Assembly: GCF_009914755.1 (NCBI RefSeq)
Contig: NC_060933.1
Length of the DNA: 64,000 nt
Source of the DNA: the human T2T-CHM13v2.0 reference genome, Homo sapiens
Strand: one strand, 5' to 3'
Positions 32,098 through 46,949 of the stretch are shown piece after piece. Both the position numbers and the translations under genes were made by a program. The notes under the pieces are model-generated. The model was given only the letters and a program-made list of their open reading frames with translations. It made no database searches and was not told the DNA's origin. The first letter of the stretch is position 1; each line of letters opens with the position of its first letter.

Positions 32098-32199
32098 AAA
32101 AATCTAGTCAAGTGAAGCAGTGGGAGTGGAGAGGGAACAAAGGAATCTGTAACTGGTTGTGATGGATTAGTTGTAAACACCACTGCACTCAGACCAGCC
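32098..32199 (-). pseudogene. Y3 RNA (RNY3) processed pseudogene
   Basis: The minus strand reads ggctggtctgagtgcagtggtgtttacaactaatccatcacaaccagttacagattcctttgttccctctccactcccactgcttcacttgactagattttt, a near match to full-length hY3. Confidence 0.93.
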
Positions 32200-32459
32200 C
32201 AGTGTAAGCCTTTGTGGTTATCTTGCTGGTGGTTAGGCTGCGTTTCCTGTTTCCTGTAGCTTTATGTGTCAGAAGCTAAAATTTGCTCTTGTGTCCTTGC
32301 ATTTGTCTCCCAATTTGTCTTTGGATTTCCCTAGAGATTCCTTCTTAAAGTCTAAGTCTAAAATTTGCAGTTATTTTCAGTTGAAATCCTGTTATTATAC
32401 AGGAACCCTATTAATGTGATGGTAGATGTGATGGTTAATTTTAGGTGTCAACTTTTGAC

Positions 32460-34557
32460 TTTTATGTATGTGTATATATATATATATATATATATAAACA
32501 TATATATATGTTTCTTTATTCACTCATTGATTGATGGGCATTTCGGCTGGTTCCACATTTTTGCAATTGTGAATTGTGCTGCTATAAATATGCGTTTGCA
32601 AGTATATTTTTCACATGTTGACTTATTTTCCTCTGGGTAGATACCTAGTAGTAGGATTGCTGGATTGAATGGTAGTTCTACTTTAGTTCTTTAAGGAATC
32701 TCCACACTGTTTTCCATAGTGGTTGTACTAGTTTACATTCCCACCAGCAGTGTGAAAGTGTTACCTTTTCACTGCATCCCCTCCAACATCTATTATTTTT
32801 GGATTTTTTTATTATGGCCATTCCTGCAAGAGTAAGGTGGTATCACATTGTGGTTTTGATTTGTATTTTCCTGATCATTAGTGATGTTGAGCATTTTTTC
32901 ATGTTTGTTGACCATTTGTATGTCTTCTTTTGAGAATTGTCTATTCATGTCATTAGCCCATTTTTTGATGAGGTTGTTTGTTTTTTTCTTGCTAATTTGT
33001 TTTAGGTCCTTGTTTCATACCGGGGATGCAGGGATGGTTTAACATACGCAAGTCAATAAATGTAATACATCACATAAACAGAATTAAAAACAAAAATCAC
33101 ATGATCATCACAGTTGATGCAGAAAAAGCATTTGACAAAATCCAGCATCGCTTTATGATTAAAACCCTAAGCAAAATCGGCATGGAGGGGACATGCATTA
33201 AGGAAACAAAGGCCATCTATGAAAACCCACAGCCAACATAATACTGAATGGGGAATAGTTGAAAGCATTCCCTCTGATAACTGGAATCAGACAAGAATGC
33301 CCACTCTCACTACTTCTATTCAACATAGTACTGGAAGTCCTAGCCAGAACAATCAGACAAGAGAAAGAAATCAAGGGCATCCAAATTGGTAAAGAGGAAG
33401 TCAAACTGTTGCTGTTTGCTGATGATATGCTTCTATACCTAGAAAACCATAAAGAGGTCTCCAAAAAGCTTCTAGAACTAATAAATGAATTCAGCAAAGT
33501 TGCAGGATACAAAATTAATGTACACAAATCAGTAGCTCTGCTCTACACCAACAGTGACCAAGCTCAGAATCAAATCAAGAACTCAACCCCTTTTACAATA
33601 GCTGTAAAAAAATTAAATACTTAGGAATATGCCTAACCAAGGAGGTGAAAGACCTCTAGAAGGAAAACTACAAAACACTGCTGAAAGAAATCGTAGATGA
33701 CACAAACAAATAGAAACACATCTCATGCTCATGGGTGGGTAGAACGAATATTTTGAAAATGACCATACTGCCAAAAGCAATGTACAAATGCAATGCAATT
33801 CCCATCCCAGTACAACCATCATTCTTTACAGATCTCTAGACAATCCTAAAATTCTTATGGAATTTGAGCCTGCATAGCCAAAGCAAGACTAAGTGAAAAG
33901 AACAAATCTGGAGGCATCACATGACCTGACTTCAAACTATACTATAAGGCCATAGTCACCAAAACAGCATGGTACTGGTATAAAAATAGGCAAATAGACC
34001 AATGGAACAGAATGGAGAACCCAGAAATAAACCCAAATGCTTACAGCCAACTGAACTTTGATGAAGCAAACAAAAACATAAAGTGGGGAAAGGACACCCT
34101 ATTCAACAAATGGTGATGAGATAATTGGCAAGCTACATGTAGAAGAATGCAACTGGATCCTCATCTCTCACCTTATACAAAAATCAACTCAAAATGGATC
34201 AAAGACTTAAATGTAAAACCTGAATCCATAAAAATTCTAGAATATAACACCTGAATAGAATAGAATAGAACACCAGAAAAATCCTTCTAGACATTGGCTT
34301 CTAGATATAATTCTAGATCAAAGACTAAGACCTGAAACCATAAAAATTCTAGAAGATAACACCAGAAAAACCCTTCTAGACATTGGCTTAGGCAAAGACT
34401 TCTTGACCAAGAACCCAATAGCAAATGCAACAAAAACAATGATAAATAGGTGGGACTTAATTAAACTAAAAAGTTTCTGCACAGCAAAAGAAACCATCAG
34501 CAGAGTAAACAGACAACCCACAGAGTGGAAGAAAATCTTCACAATCTATACATCTGA
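32460..34557 (-). mobile_element. L1PB-like element with 5' inversion (32460-33012 minus, 33013-34557 plus), 3' tail missing
   Basis: The plus part encodes ORF2 RT pieces ([10 protein letters not shown]...; [12 protein letters not shown]). The two parts are nearly contiguous in the L1 consensus. There is an internal duplication at about 34197-34390. Confidence 0.85.
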
Positions 34558-34661
34558 GACAGGATTTATTAGACCCCTTTGACAAGTAACCTCCTTAGGA
34601 GAAAGGCCTATATCTTGTTCACTCTTTTATCATTATCACAGGTCTCATAGTAATGACTCAA

Positions 34662-34729
34662 GATACAATTATTAACAAGTATCATATTCCAGTAGGATAC
34701 AATTATTAACAACTATCACATTCCAATAG
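34662..34729. repeat. Two-copy tandem duplication, 34 bp unit
   Basis: gatacaattattaacaa(g/c)tatca(t/c)attcca(g/a)tag occurs twice. Confidence 0.9.
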
Positions 34730-34797
34730 GTGTAGCTAAAAAAGACAGTTGTTAACAAATAGTGTTCTCAGATTTTCTCTTAAAAAGGAGCACTTTC

Positions 34798-36340
<1,543 letters not shown>

Positions 36341-37500
36341 ATGAAAAAAGAAAATGGAAGTTCTTGTTTTCTCTTATCCTTTCACCTACCTCAGTATGGT
36401 TTCTGCTTATTACTTCCACTTGTCCATTTCTCATAAGGTCAGCATTGATCTGTGTTCCCACTGTAGTGAATGGTTTCAATCCACAGAGCAGTTTAATGAC
36501 ATTTAACATAGTATTAATCAAAATAATGAAGAAAAACAATGATTATTATAATTAATTAAAGTGTCATAATTTCAAATCAAAATATTAAACATATTAAAGT
36601 GGTTTGGCTGTCCATCAAATTCACAAAATCTATCCAGAGACAAATATATTTTTTGAAGTAAAAATTATTCAGAGAAAAAAAATCCACATTCTTTTCAAAG
36701 TCCCACTCTATTTCTGTCCTCCAATTCTGAAAGCAAACTTCAAAATCATTTTCTATATGTATTGTCACTGATTTCTCTTCTCCGATTCACTCTTCCAGCT
36801 TACTCCACTATGATTAATTCCACCCAACTATCTCTATCAGCAGCAATGCCATCTATTTTCCAGATGTAGTGTACACTTTCAATCCACATTTTGCAAGAAT
36901 GCATTGATTCTTCTAAGCAGTTTCAGTCTTTTAAATATGCTTTTAACAACATTTTTTCTTGTCCCAATGCATGGCCATTCAAACTCTTTCCTGGCTCTTC
37001 TCTCCCTTTAAAGTTGAAGTTTGCAGGAATAAATTTTAAGTGTTTTTCTCATTCTATTCAACCCATGTGACATATTCTGTTCCCAAGCTTTCACTTCATG
37101 GTATTGCTTGTAAATTACAGACAAAAATATCAGGTTACCAATGGACACTTGCACTTAGATGTCTACTTGTCTACTATAGAGGATATCTACTACTTTTTAA
37201 AAAAAAATTTTGATATGCCTTGCTTCAGTTTTACTGAATTTCATTTGTTTTTATTTCTTCTCACTATAGCATTTAATGTAACAGGTATTAGAAAGTATAG
37301 TTATTATTTTCCTTACAAAAATAAAAGATACAAGAAAGCGAAAACGGTATTTGTTATGTTCACCTGGATATCCTAAGGGCAATATAAAACCTCGCTTAGA
37401 GAAAGTCAATTTTTACTTACAATTTGGATACAATGATGATGGGTAAATGAATTGTACCATCCATTCTTTAATGAGATTGCACATTTGGGCTTGGTATTTC

Positions 37501-37680
37501 TTTATTAAAGAATAAACAAATAATATAAGAAGTTTTAATAGTAAAAATTAATAAAAAGAAAATAATATATTGACTAAATATAAATAACATATTTTGATAT
37601 AACACAATGTAAAAGTACACATAATATTACATGGACAAAAATAATTTAAATCTAATAAATAAATAAATATTTCAATAGAT
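37501..37680 (-). promoter_or_regulatory. IFNA21 3'UTR AU-rich elements and AATAAA (37501-37506)
   Basis: Overlapping ATTTA pentamers near 37655-37670 and a canonical AATAAA on the minus strand. Confidence 0.75.
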
Positions 37681-37892
37681 AGATAATTAGATCTATCAGC
37701 ATGGTCATCTGTAAAGGACTAGTGCCTGCACAGGTAAACATGATGTTTCCTTACACTCCTGAAAAGATCTGAAAATTTTGATTCAACTCATGCGGTGGTT
37801 ATAGGAGAAATGAGTCTTTGAAATGGCAGAAGTCATAGAAGTGTGGACTGGTGTATTAGTCAATACAGATCATTTCCATGTTGAAACAGGTT

Positions 37893-38462
37893 TCATTCCT
37901 TCCTCCTTAATCTTTCTTGAAAAATTTTTGATAAAGAGAAGGATCTCATGATTTCTGCTCTGACAACCTCCCAGGCACAAGGGCTGTATTTCTTCTCTGT
38001 CAGATAAAGAGTGATTCTTTGGAAGTATTTCTTCACAGCCAGGATGGAGTCCACATTCATCAGGGGAGTCTCTTCCACCCCAACCTCCTGTATCACGCAG
38101 GCTTCCAGGTCATTCAGCTGCTGGTTAAGTTCAGTGGAAAATTTTTCTAGGAGGCTCTGTTCCCAAGTAGCAGATGAGTCCTTTGTGCTGAAGAGATTGA
38201 AGGTCTGCTGGATCATCTCATGGAGGACAGAGATGGCTTGAGCCTTCTGGAACTGGTTGCCATCAAACTCCTCCTGGGGGAATCCAAAGTCATGTCTGTC
38301 CTTCAGGCAGGAGAAAGGAGAGATTCTTCCCATTTGTGCCAGGAGTATCAAGGCCCTCCTATTACCCAGGCTGTGGGTCTGAGGCAGATCACAGCCCAGA
38401 GAACAGATGGATTTGTAGCTGAGCACCAGCACGGCCATCAGTAAAGAAAAGGACAGGGCCAT
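37893..38462 (-). CDS. IFNA21: Interferon alpha-21 precursor (189 aa)
   Basis: Intact ORF with the IFNA21-diagnostic residues [26 protein letters not shown] and C-terminus [16 protein letters not shown]. Confidence 0.97.
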   Translation of the reverse strand: MALSFSLLMAVLVLSYKSICSLGCDLPQTHSLGNRRALILLAQMGRISPFSCLKDRHDFGFPQEEFDGNQFQKAQAISVLHEMIQQTFNLFSTKDSSATWEQSLLEKFSTELNQQLNDLEACVIQEVGVEETPLMNVDSILAVKKYFQRITLYLTEKKYSPCAWEVVRAEIMRSFSLSKIFQERLRRKE

Positions 38463-38555
38463 TGGGATGTTGCCAATATTGCTAGGCTACTTGAGATGGG
38501 TAACCTTGAACCTTGGCCTCTAGGTTTTCTGAAGACTTTGCTCTGTGCGTAGGTC

Positions 38556-38638
38556 TTAAATAGTGAACATACTAATTTCCATTTTCTAAATGCCCTAGTT
38601 TTACTTTCTATCTCTGTTTTTGCTTTCTTTATGCACTC
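38556..38638 (-). promoter_or_regulatory. IFNA21 promoter: TATTTAA box and VRE-A
   Basis: The minus strand reads GAGTGCATAAAGAAAGCAAAAACAGAGATAGAAAGTAAAACTAGGGCATTTAGAAAATGGAAATTAGTATGTTCACTATTTAA. Confidence 0.9.
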
Positions 38639-41182
38639 TCTACATGTGTTTACAGATGTTTTTCATTTTTTTTCATCATTGCCTATTTTTCCCCTGCACT
38701 CAAAACATTTTATGGTATTTTTTTCTAATTGAAATCTTCATGAAATTTTAGTGACACAGATTTGGCTTATCTATTTATGTATAATATGTATATCTCTACT
38801 TCACAGATAAAAACTATAAAGTTTGCTCTTTTTATTCAAAGTAAAGAATGACAGAAATGTTAAACTAAAATCTAAGTTTAAAAGCTATTGACATTTAACT
38901 TAATTTGATAAGTATATTTGTGGAATAACTTTTAATGTAATTTGTTCATGTAAATTTTGTTTTATGAAATTACATATGCAAAATAAAAATCTATATAAAT
39001 ACACATTAATAATATGAATATAATTACATAGTTAATCATTCAAAACTGCTAAAAATATGAATCAATAATTTTTTAAAATTTTTCTCATAGTATATATATG
39101 AAGCTTTGAATTTTGCTTTATATGACAAAATAATTTGTAAACTTAACTAGCTCCAGCATTCATCCAGATATTGCCAACACATTTTTCTTTTCAGCACTTG
39201 ACATAAATATTGATGTGTTGAATAACTTTAGTAGAAATAAATCACATAATATAAGCTATTTGCATTGAATTCTCAAAGTCTACAAAACATCCTGAAGAAC
39301 TGAGGATCAAACATAGGCAATAACCATAAGATAGTCAATGACAGCCCAAAGATATGCAGGTTAAAGCCACATATTGTGATAAGACTTTAAGATCCAGCAA
39401 AAAAAAAATGGACAAAAAGTCCTCCAATCACAGTCATCTATTTGCCATAGGTTTGTAACACTGATCTTGCTAATATTTTGTTTATCTTCATGAACTCAAT
39501 ACAGTGCTTCTCATATCATACACAAGAAAACCCAATGAGAAAGATGTATATTAAGCAATGAAATTTTGTTGGATAGAGTTGTTGGAGAATCACAAACTAT
39601 TGTAATATGTGAGATTTGTTTATACTATGAGAACTAATTTTTGTACTCTTAGAAGAAGTATCATTCTAATAAATATATGTGACTTAGAAAATATTATCAA
39701 TTAAATCATTTTTGGCATTTTTCATTGAAGTTCACATTCCCTAAAGGTTTTCAGAAGTTCCTATCCAAGTCAATTCTTATGAAAAAAGAGACCATCTTTG
39801 TTCTAAATTCATAAATTTATAAATATTGAATATTATCATGTAAAGAATTAACTTTCAGAGTGGTCCTGAACTCTGGGTCTACTTTTTTTTTTTTTTTTTT
39901 GCATAAGAAGTTAGTTTGCCTCTGCCCTATAGATACTGAGTCCTTAAATGGAATGAGGTCTGTTTTAGCAAATCAGCTATTTAGTAAGTAGAGTTTTTCT
40001 AGTTTCTCATTTTTTCTTCTACTGGAAAGTGTTCAAGAATGAGGCTATTTTTCTTCATCATGGCCATATTTGCTGCAATTATAAGACAATGACAAAAATT
40101 TCCATTCAGCTTTTACTCAGAATCAATAATGCCCATTAAGTTTACTGCTAAAACCACTGGGATTCTGGGGATTCAAGTTGCAAGAGCAGCATAATATTAT
40201 CCTTTGCCTGGCACTATATTAACTATTTATGACCTTATCTCTAATCTGTCCTCTACTTTGTTATAATAGAAAATAACTAGCCTGGTGTCAAATACAGAGT
40301 CACATATCTGAATTCAAACTCTCCAATTCACACGGTTTATAGGAATCAGAAAATTTACTATTCCCAAAATTAGGGAATAATAGCCTCTGTCCTCCAGATA
40401 ATCCTACAGCTTTCCTTCCCTGGATCAAATCCCGAGAATGTGTATGTGAACTGTAAATACTTGTGACATCATTTTTCCATCATATATAAATTTCAGCTTC
40501 AAATCACGTGATAATCTTTAGATGACACTGGTAGAAAATCAGCCTGTTTATATAAAGGTAGAGATTATGAAATGGACCAATTTTAGAAAATAACCAAACA
40601 CATTTTATTATTCATTATTTTAAATGATTCACTTGCATTCTTTGTATAATTGAACAATTAAAATATTCTACATTGTGAAATGTGCACAGGGGTTTCCATA
40701 ATAGAGGAGGTTTCATTTCAGAAATGTATATTTTCTACATCAATTTAGTAGTTGATCCAGTCAGCAAATTTGTATTGAATTTTGGGCTCATCCTTTGTAT
40801 CAGACCCTGAGAATAAAGGGCAATTTTGCCCAAGTTATTATTCTTAGTCTTTGAAACACTGGGGGAGAGAGTAATTTTTCTTTGTTCACTTGAGATCGTA
40901 TTGGGAATTTTTGCATATTAATTTTCATGTAGTATTTTACTGTGAAAATTTGTTTTCCTATACTTTGATTTCATTTTCATATTCAGGTTAGTGTCAATGA
41001 AAGAGTATAAATATAATGTTTAAATGGACTATACAATTGTTCTATGTGGCATTCACAACAACAAATACATTCATATTTCTCACTTCACTTTTCCTAGAAG
41101 GTAGAAGTGGTCTGATTTTTCATCTTAATTTATGGGAACAAAAAGAAAACAAACATATGTCTAAATGTGATAAACATGGAAG

Positions 41183-41316
41183 AGGAGAAATACCTAATGT
41201 AAATGACACATTAATGGGTGCAGCAAACCAACATGGCACATGTACACCTATGTAACAAATTTGCCCGTTGTGCACTTGTACCCTAGAACTTAAAGTATAA
41301 TAATAATAATAAAAAA
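41183..41316 (+). mobile_element. Short L1PA5-like 3' end (paralog at about 62143-62276)
   Basis: ggagaaatacctaatgtaaatgac...gtaccctagaacttaaagtataat followed by an A tail. Confidence 0.85.
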
Positions 41317-41742
41317 CGTGACAAGAGGGGAACTTAGAAAACATCTTGAGACAGATGAAAATGAAAACACAACATACCAAAACATATGTGATGCAGTGAA
41401 ATCAGAACTAAAGGGGAAATTGAAAGCTGTAAAAGCTTATATTAAAAAAGAAGAAAGACCTCAAACCAATGAACTAACTACAAATTAAGGAACTAGAAAA
41501 AGAAGAAATAAACACATAGCTAGGAAGAGGAAGAAAATAAGAAAGACTAAAGCAGAAATTAATAAAATACAGAATAGAAAAGCAATTAAAAAATCAATGG
41601 AACTAAGCATTAGTCTTTTGAAAGGATCAACAAAATTGACAAACCCTTAACTATTTTAAGAAATAAGTAGAGAAAAATCAAATAAAAATCAGAAATAAGA
41701 GAGGACACATAACAGCTGATGGCATAGACCTAAAAAGGATCA

Positions 41743-42048
<306 letters not shown>

Positions 42049-44081
42049 GTAAAATGGATTATAACAGACTACTACGAACAATTATACTCCAACAAATTGA
42101 TTAACTTAGAAGAAATATATAAATTCCTAGAAACAAACAACTTACCAAGACCAAATCATGAATAAACAAAAAATCTGACTAGACCTATAACTAGTAAGGA
42201 GATTGAATCAGTCATCAAACTTCCCAATAACAACAACAATAAAAAACCATAATCAGATGGCTTCAGTGGATAATTCTATCAAACATTTAGGGAATTAACA
42301 CCAATCTTTCTCAAAATCTTCCAAAAAATTGAAAAGGAAGGAATAGTTTCAAACTCATTTTATGAGACTAGCATTTTCCTGATAACAAAGCCAGACAAGG
42401 ACACTACAAGAAAAGAAAACTAACAGATCCATATCCATGATAAATATTGATACAAAAATCCTCACTAAAATACTTGTAAACCAAATTCAACAGCACAATA
42501 AAAGGATTATAGATCACGACCAAAGGGGATTTATTACTTGGATGGAAGAATGTTTCAACATATGAAAATTAATCAATGCAATACATCACATTAACAAAAT
42601 GAATGAAAAATATACATAATAATCTCTACAGATACGGAAAAAGAAATAGACAAAATGCCATATCTTTTCATGATAAAAACATTTAACAAACTTGGAATAA
42701 AAGGAAGTTACCTCCACATAATAAAGGCCATGTACGAAAAGCCCACAATTAACATTATATTCAATGGTGAGAAACTGAAGGCTTTTCCTCTAAGATCAGG
42801 AACAAGTAGGGATGCCATTGTTACCACTTTTATACAACATAACATTTGTAGATCTAGCCATAGCAATTAACAAGAAAAAGAAATAAAAAGCATTCATATT
42901 GGAAAGGAAGAAGTAAAATTATCTTTTTGCAGATAGCCTGATCGTGTATGTAGAAAACCTAAAGTTCACACACACGCATGCACTCACATACAAACTGTTA
43001 GAACTAATAAATGAATTCAGCATAGTTGTAGAATACAAAATTAAGATGCAAAAATGAGTAGCATTTTTATATGCTAACAATGGACAAATCTGAAAAGGAA
43101 ACTTAAAAAAAAACCACATTTGCAATAGCATCAAAACAATAAAGTACTGAGGAATAAACTTAAAGAAAGTGGAAAAAGATTTATATATTGAAAACTAGCA
43201 ATCACTGCTGAAAGAAATTAAGGAAGAGAAATGAGAAGACATTTCTGTTCATGGTTGGGAAGCCCATCATCGTTATAGTGTTCAAACTATCCAAAGCAAT
43301 AGACAGATACAATGCAAGCCCTATCAAAATCACTAAGGCATTTTTGGCAGAAGTAGAAAAATCTGTCCTAAAACTCTTATGGAATCTTGAAGGACCAGAA
43401 TCAATCTTCAGAAAGACAAGCAAAGCTAGAGGCCTCACCCTACCTGATTTTGAAACACATTACAAGCCTACAGTAATAGAAATGGAATGATACTGATATA
43501 AAGATGGACATATAGGCCAATGGGAGAGAATAGAAAGCCCAGAAGTAAACTCTCATGTATATGGTCAAATGAACTTTGACAAAAGTGCCAAGGCTACACA
43601 ATGGTTAAAGATCAACTCTTCAAAAATCAGGTTGTGAAAACTGTATATACACATGCAAAGGAATGAAGTTGCATCCTTACTGTACACTATATGCTAAAAT
43701 TAACTCAAAATAGATCAAAGATTTAAACATAAGACCTGAAACTGTAAAAACTTTAGAAGAAAATCTTCAGGGAAGGCTCAGACAATGGGTTTGGCAATGA
43801 AATCTTGGATATCACACCAAAACACAGGTAACTAAAGTAAAAATAGATAAATTGGAGTATACAAAGATTAAAAATCACTGTGCATTCAAGGACAAAATCA
43901 AGAGTCAAAACTCAAACCTCAGAATGGCAGAAAATATTTGCAAATCATGTATTTGATAAAAGTAATAGCCTATTCAGAACATAGAAGGAACTCCCATATC
44001 TCAACAAAAAAATATAACTTGAGTAAGGAATATGAATAGATATTTATTCAAAAAAGATATACAAATGGCCAACAAGCATAT

Positions 44082-44355
44082 TTCTCTGGCCTGAATGTTT
44101 GTGCCCTGCCAAAATTCATATGTTGAAACCCTAACTCTTAGGGCGATGGTGTTAGGACATGCGCCTTTTTGGGATGTGATTAATTCCATTGTGGCTCATT
44201 GTGAAATAGGACACGGGCCACAATCACACACCAAATCTGCTGGTACCTTGATTCTTGGGCTTTCCACCCTCCAGAACTGTGAGAAATGAATTTATGTTAT
44301 TTATAAACTACCTAATTGATGATATTTCATTATAGCAACCTGAATGAACTAAGGA
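44082..44355 (+). mobile_element. MLT1A-like MaLR LTR
   Basis: ctgaatgtttgtgccctgccaaaattcatatgttgaaaccctaa ... ctccagaactgtgagaaat ... aactaag. Confidence 0.8.
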
Positions 44356-44628
44356 ACATAGGAAAAGATCCTCAACATCACTATTAGGGAAATGCAAATC
44401 AAAGTCACAATGAGATTTGAATTCACATCTATCAAGGTGGCTACCATCAAAATAAATAAAATAACAAGTGTTGGTGAAGATGTGGAGAAATTGGAACCCT
44501 TGTGCACTGTTGGTGGAAATGTAAAATGGTGCAGCGCAGCCACAATGGAAAACAGGTATCTCAAAAAATTAAAAACAGAATTACCATATAATCTAGGAAT
44601 TCCACTTATGGATATATATTTAGAATCC

Positions 44629-44947
44629 TTTTTGTTTTGTTTTGTTTTGTTTTTATGATGGAGTATCACTCTGTCGCCCAGGCTGGAGTGCAGTGGCGCA
44701 ATCTCGGCTCACTGCAAGCTCTGGGAAATCTCTGCCTCCCAGGTTCACGCCATTCTCCTGTCTCAGCCTCCCAGGTAGCTGGGACTACAGGCGTCCGCCA
44801 CCATGCCTGGCTAGTTTTTTTGTTTTTTTAGTAGCGATGGGGTTTCACCATGTTAGCCAGGATGATCTTCATCTCCTGACCTCGTGATCTGCCCACATCG
44901 GCCTCCCAAAGTGCTGGGATTACAGGCATGAGCCACCGCGCCTGGCC
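44629..44947 (-). mobile_element. AluY/Sc-type SINE
   Basis: Reverse Alu with TSD tagaat(c/a)ctttt and a small internal insertion near 44720. Confidence 0.9.
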
Positions 44948-46949
44948 TAGAATACTTTTTAAAAATGAGATTCAAAGATACATTTTTACATCCATCTTCA
45001 TAACAATAGCCAAAAGTTGGAAGCAACCCAAGTGTCCATTGATGGATGAATAAACAAACTGTGATATATACATATAATGGAATATCATTCAGCGTCATAT
45101 ATATTTCATTAAGCATATAATGGACTATATTATTCAGTCTTATACCATGGATGATTATTCTGACTTATCATATTATTCAGGAAAATGTGGTATATACAGA
45201 TAATGGAATGTATTCAGCATAATTCTGACATATACTACAGCGTGAGGACCTAATGTAAGCCAGGCACAAACAGACAAATGTAATATGATTTCAATCATAT
45301 GAGTTATCTAGAGTAGATAAATTCATAGAAACAGAAAGTAAAACGGTTGTCAGGGGTGGGGGTCCAGGGGAGAGGAGATAAGGAGCTGTTGTTTAATGAG
45401 TATGGTTTTGGTTTTCCAAGACGAAAAACTGATGATCAGTTGCATGGCAATGTGAATTTACTTAATACTGCTAAGCTGTACACTTAAAAATGGTTAAAAT
45501 GGTAGATGTTGATAAGATGTGGGCATGGGCTCAAAGAAAAGTAAGCATTCCTGGTCCAGATTTTGGCTTTCAGATTTGCTGAATTCTGTCTTCACAGAGT
45601 CAAGGGAGTCATATCAGCTAACTCAGAAGAGTTTATACACAAGAAGGCAAATTTTTGAGAGTCTAGTATTTTTTTTTCTGGGTAGTCCTAAATGTTAATT
45701 GCACTAAATTCTCCCCTGGTATATAAATAAATTGAGCAGATAAATAATTTGCTTGTCATATATCTAACAAGAAGTAAGGAAATAGATAATTGGAAACAAT
45801 ACTTCCCCCATCTTAATAGAGTTAAATAACAAAAATAACGTTAATTAAAAGAACTAAATAGCTAAATTATAGAATATATTTACTATCAGTCAGACATTGT
45901 TGTTAGTACTTACAAATCAATCCTCATTTTACCCAGTGAAGAATAAGCCCCATGTTGCATACATGTTGAACACCTATTATGTGCCCTGTCCTGTTAAGTC
46001 ACTGGAGACATCTGTGGCTACAGCAGGCAGTGATAAATTCTACTATTTTCCTCATTTTTAAGAGAACAAACCTAAGCACAGGGAGCTATTGAACTGTGGA
46101 GCCACTGTTGGAACCCAGAAAATCCCATTTAGAGTACTCAGCTCTTAGATGTGCTCTGGTAATATGTCATAAGAACCAGAGCTGATTTCTAGACTCTGGT
46201 CCACATTTTTCTTTCCAGCAGAGCCCTACCTAAATAATGAGAGGGTCTTTCTCTTCTCTTCTTATTCCTCTTCTCCACTGAGAAGCTTCATTTGCTCATG
46301 CCAGACATGTTTTATTATGAAATTGGGCCTCATGTTACTTACATATATATCCTAGTTTTGTCTTTCTAAGACTGTATTTTCATAAACTTGAATATATTTG
46401 TGAAACATTTTGTTCACCCCAGTAATATATCCATAGGCAACTCTTTGAAACCCTACATATTTCTATCCATTTATGAAAATGTCCACAAGGCTTCAGATTT
46501 CTATCTGTTTGTCACACACCTTTGTGTCATCACCAGGATATAAGCATGCGCTAAAATCAGAACTAAACCAACCAAATGAAGGCTCAGAGCTCAGGGAGGG
46601 CACATCTAGAAGGGCTCACTAAAGGAATTAGAGGTGTGGAAATGTAAGCACATCTGGGGAAGAGAGGAGAGCCCAGTGCATTAGAGGAGAAGGACTGAGA
46701 TGACCGAAGACTGAATCACCTCACTTGGGAGCTGGTTGATGCCTTTTTTAGGGTTTGCTGCTGGGTTGATTGCACATTCTGACTGGAGGAACCCTAATAG
46801 CTAAGGAACAATCTTTTAGACAGTTACATTATAGATAGAATTTTCTGTCTTCTGAAAAAAATTAGGAATCTAATGAATGATTTAAATCAACTAAATACAT
46901 AAACAAATTTTAAACCAGTAAGGTCTAGAATCTTGAAAATCTATTCATT

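Larger units (their letters stand above)
37893..41556. repeat. Recent segmental duplication, copy A (copy B 58816-62514)
   Basis: CDS plus about 3.1 kb upstream are near-identical between the IFNA21 and IFNA4 units, at an offset of about 20.9 kb. Confidence 0.95.
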
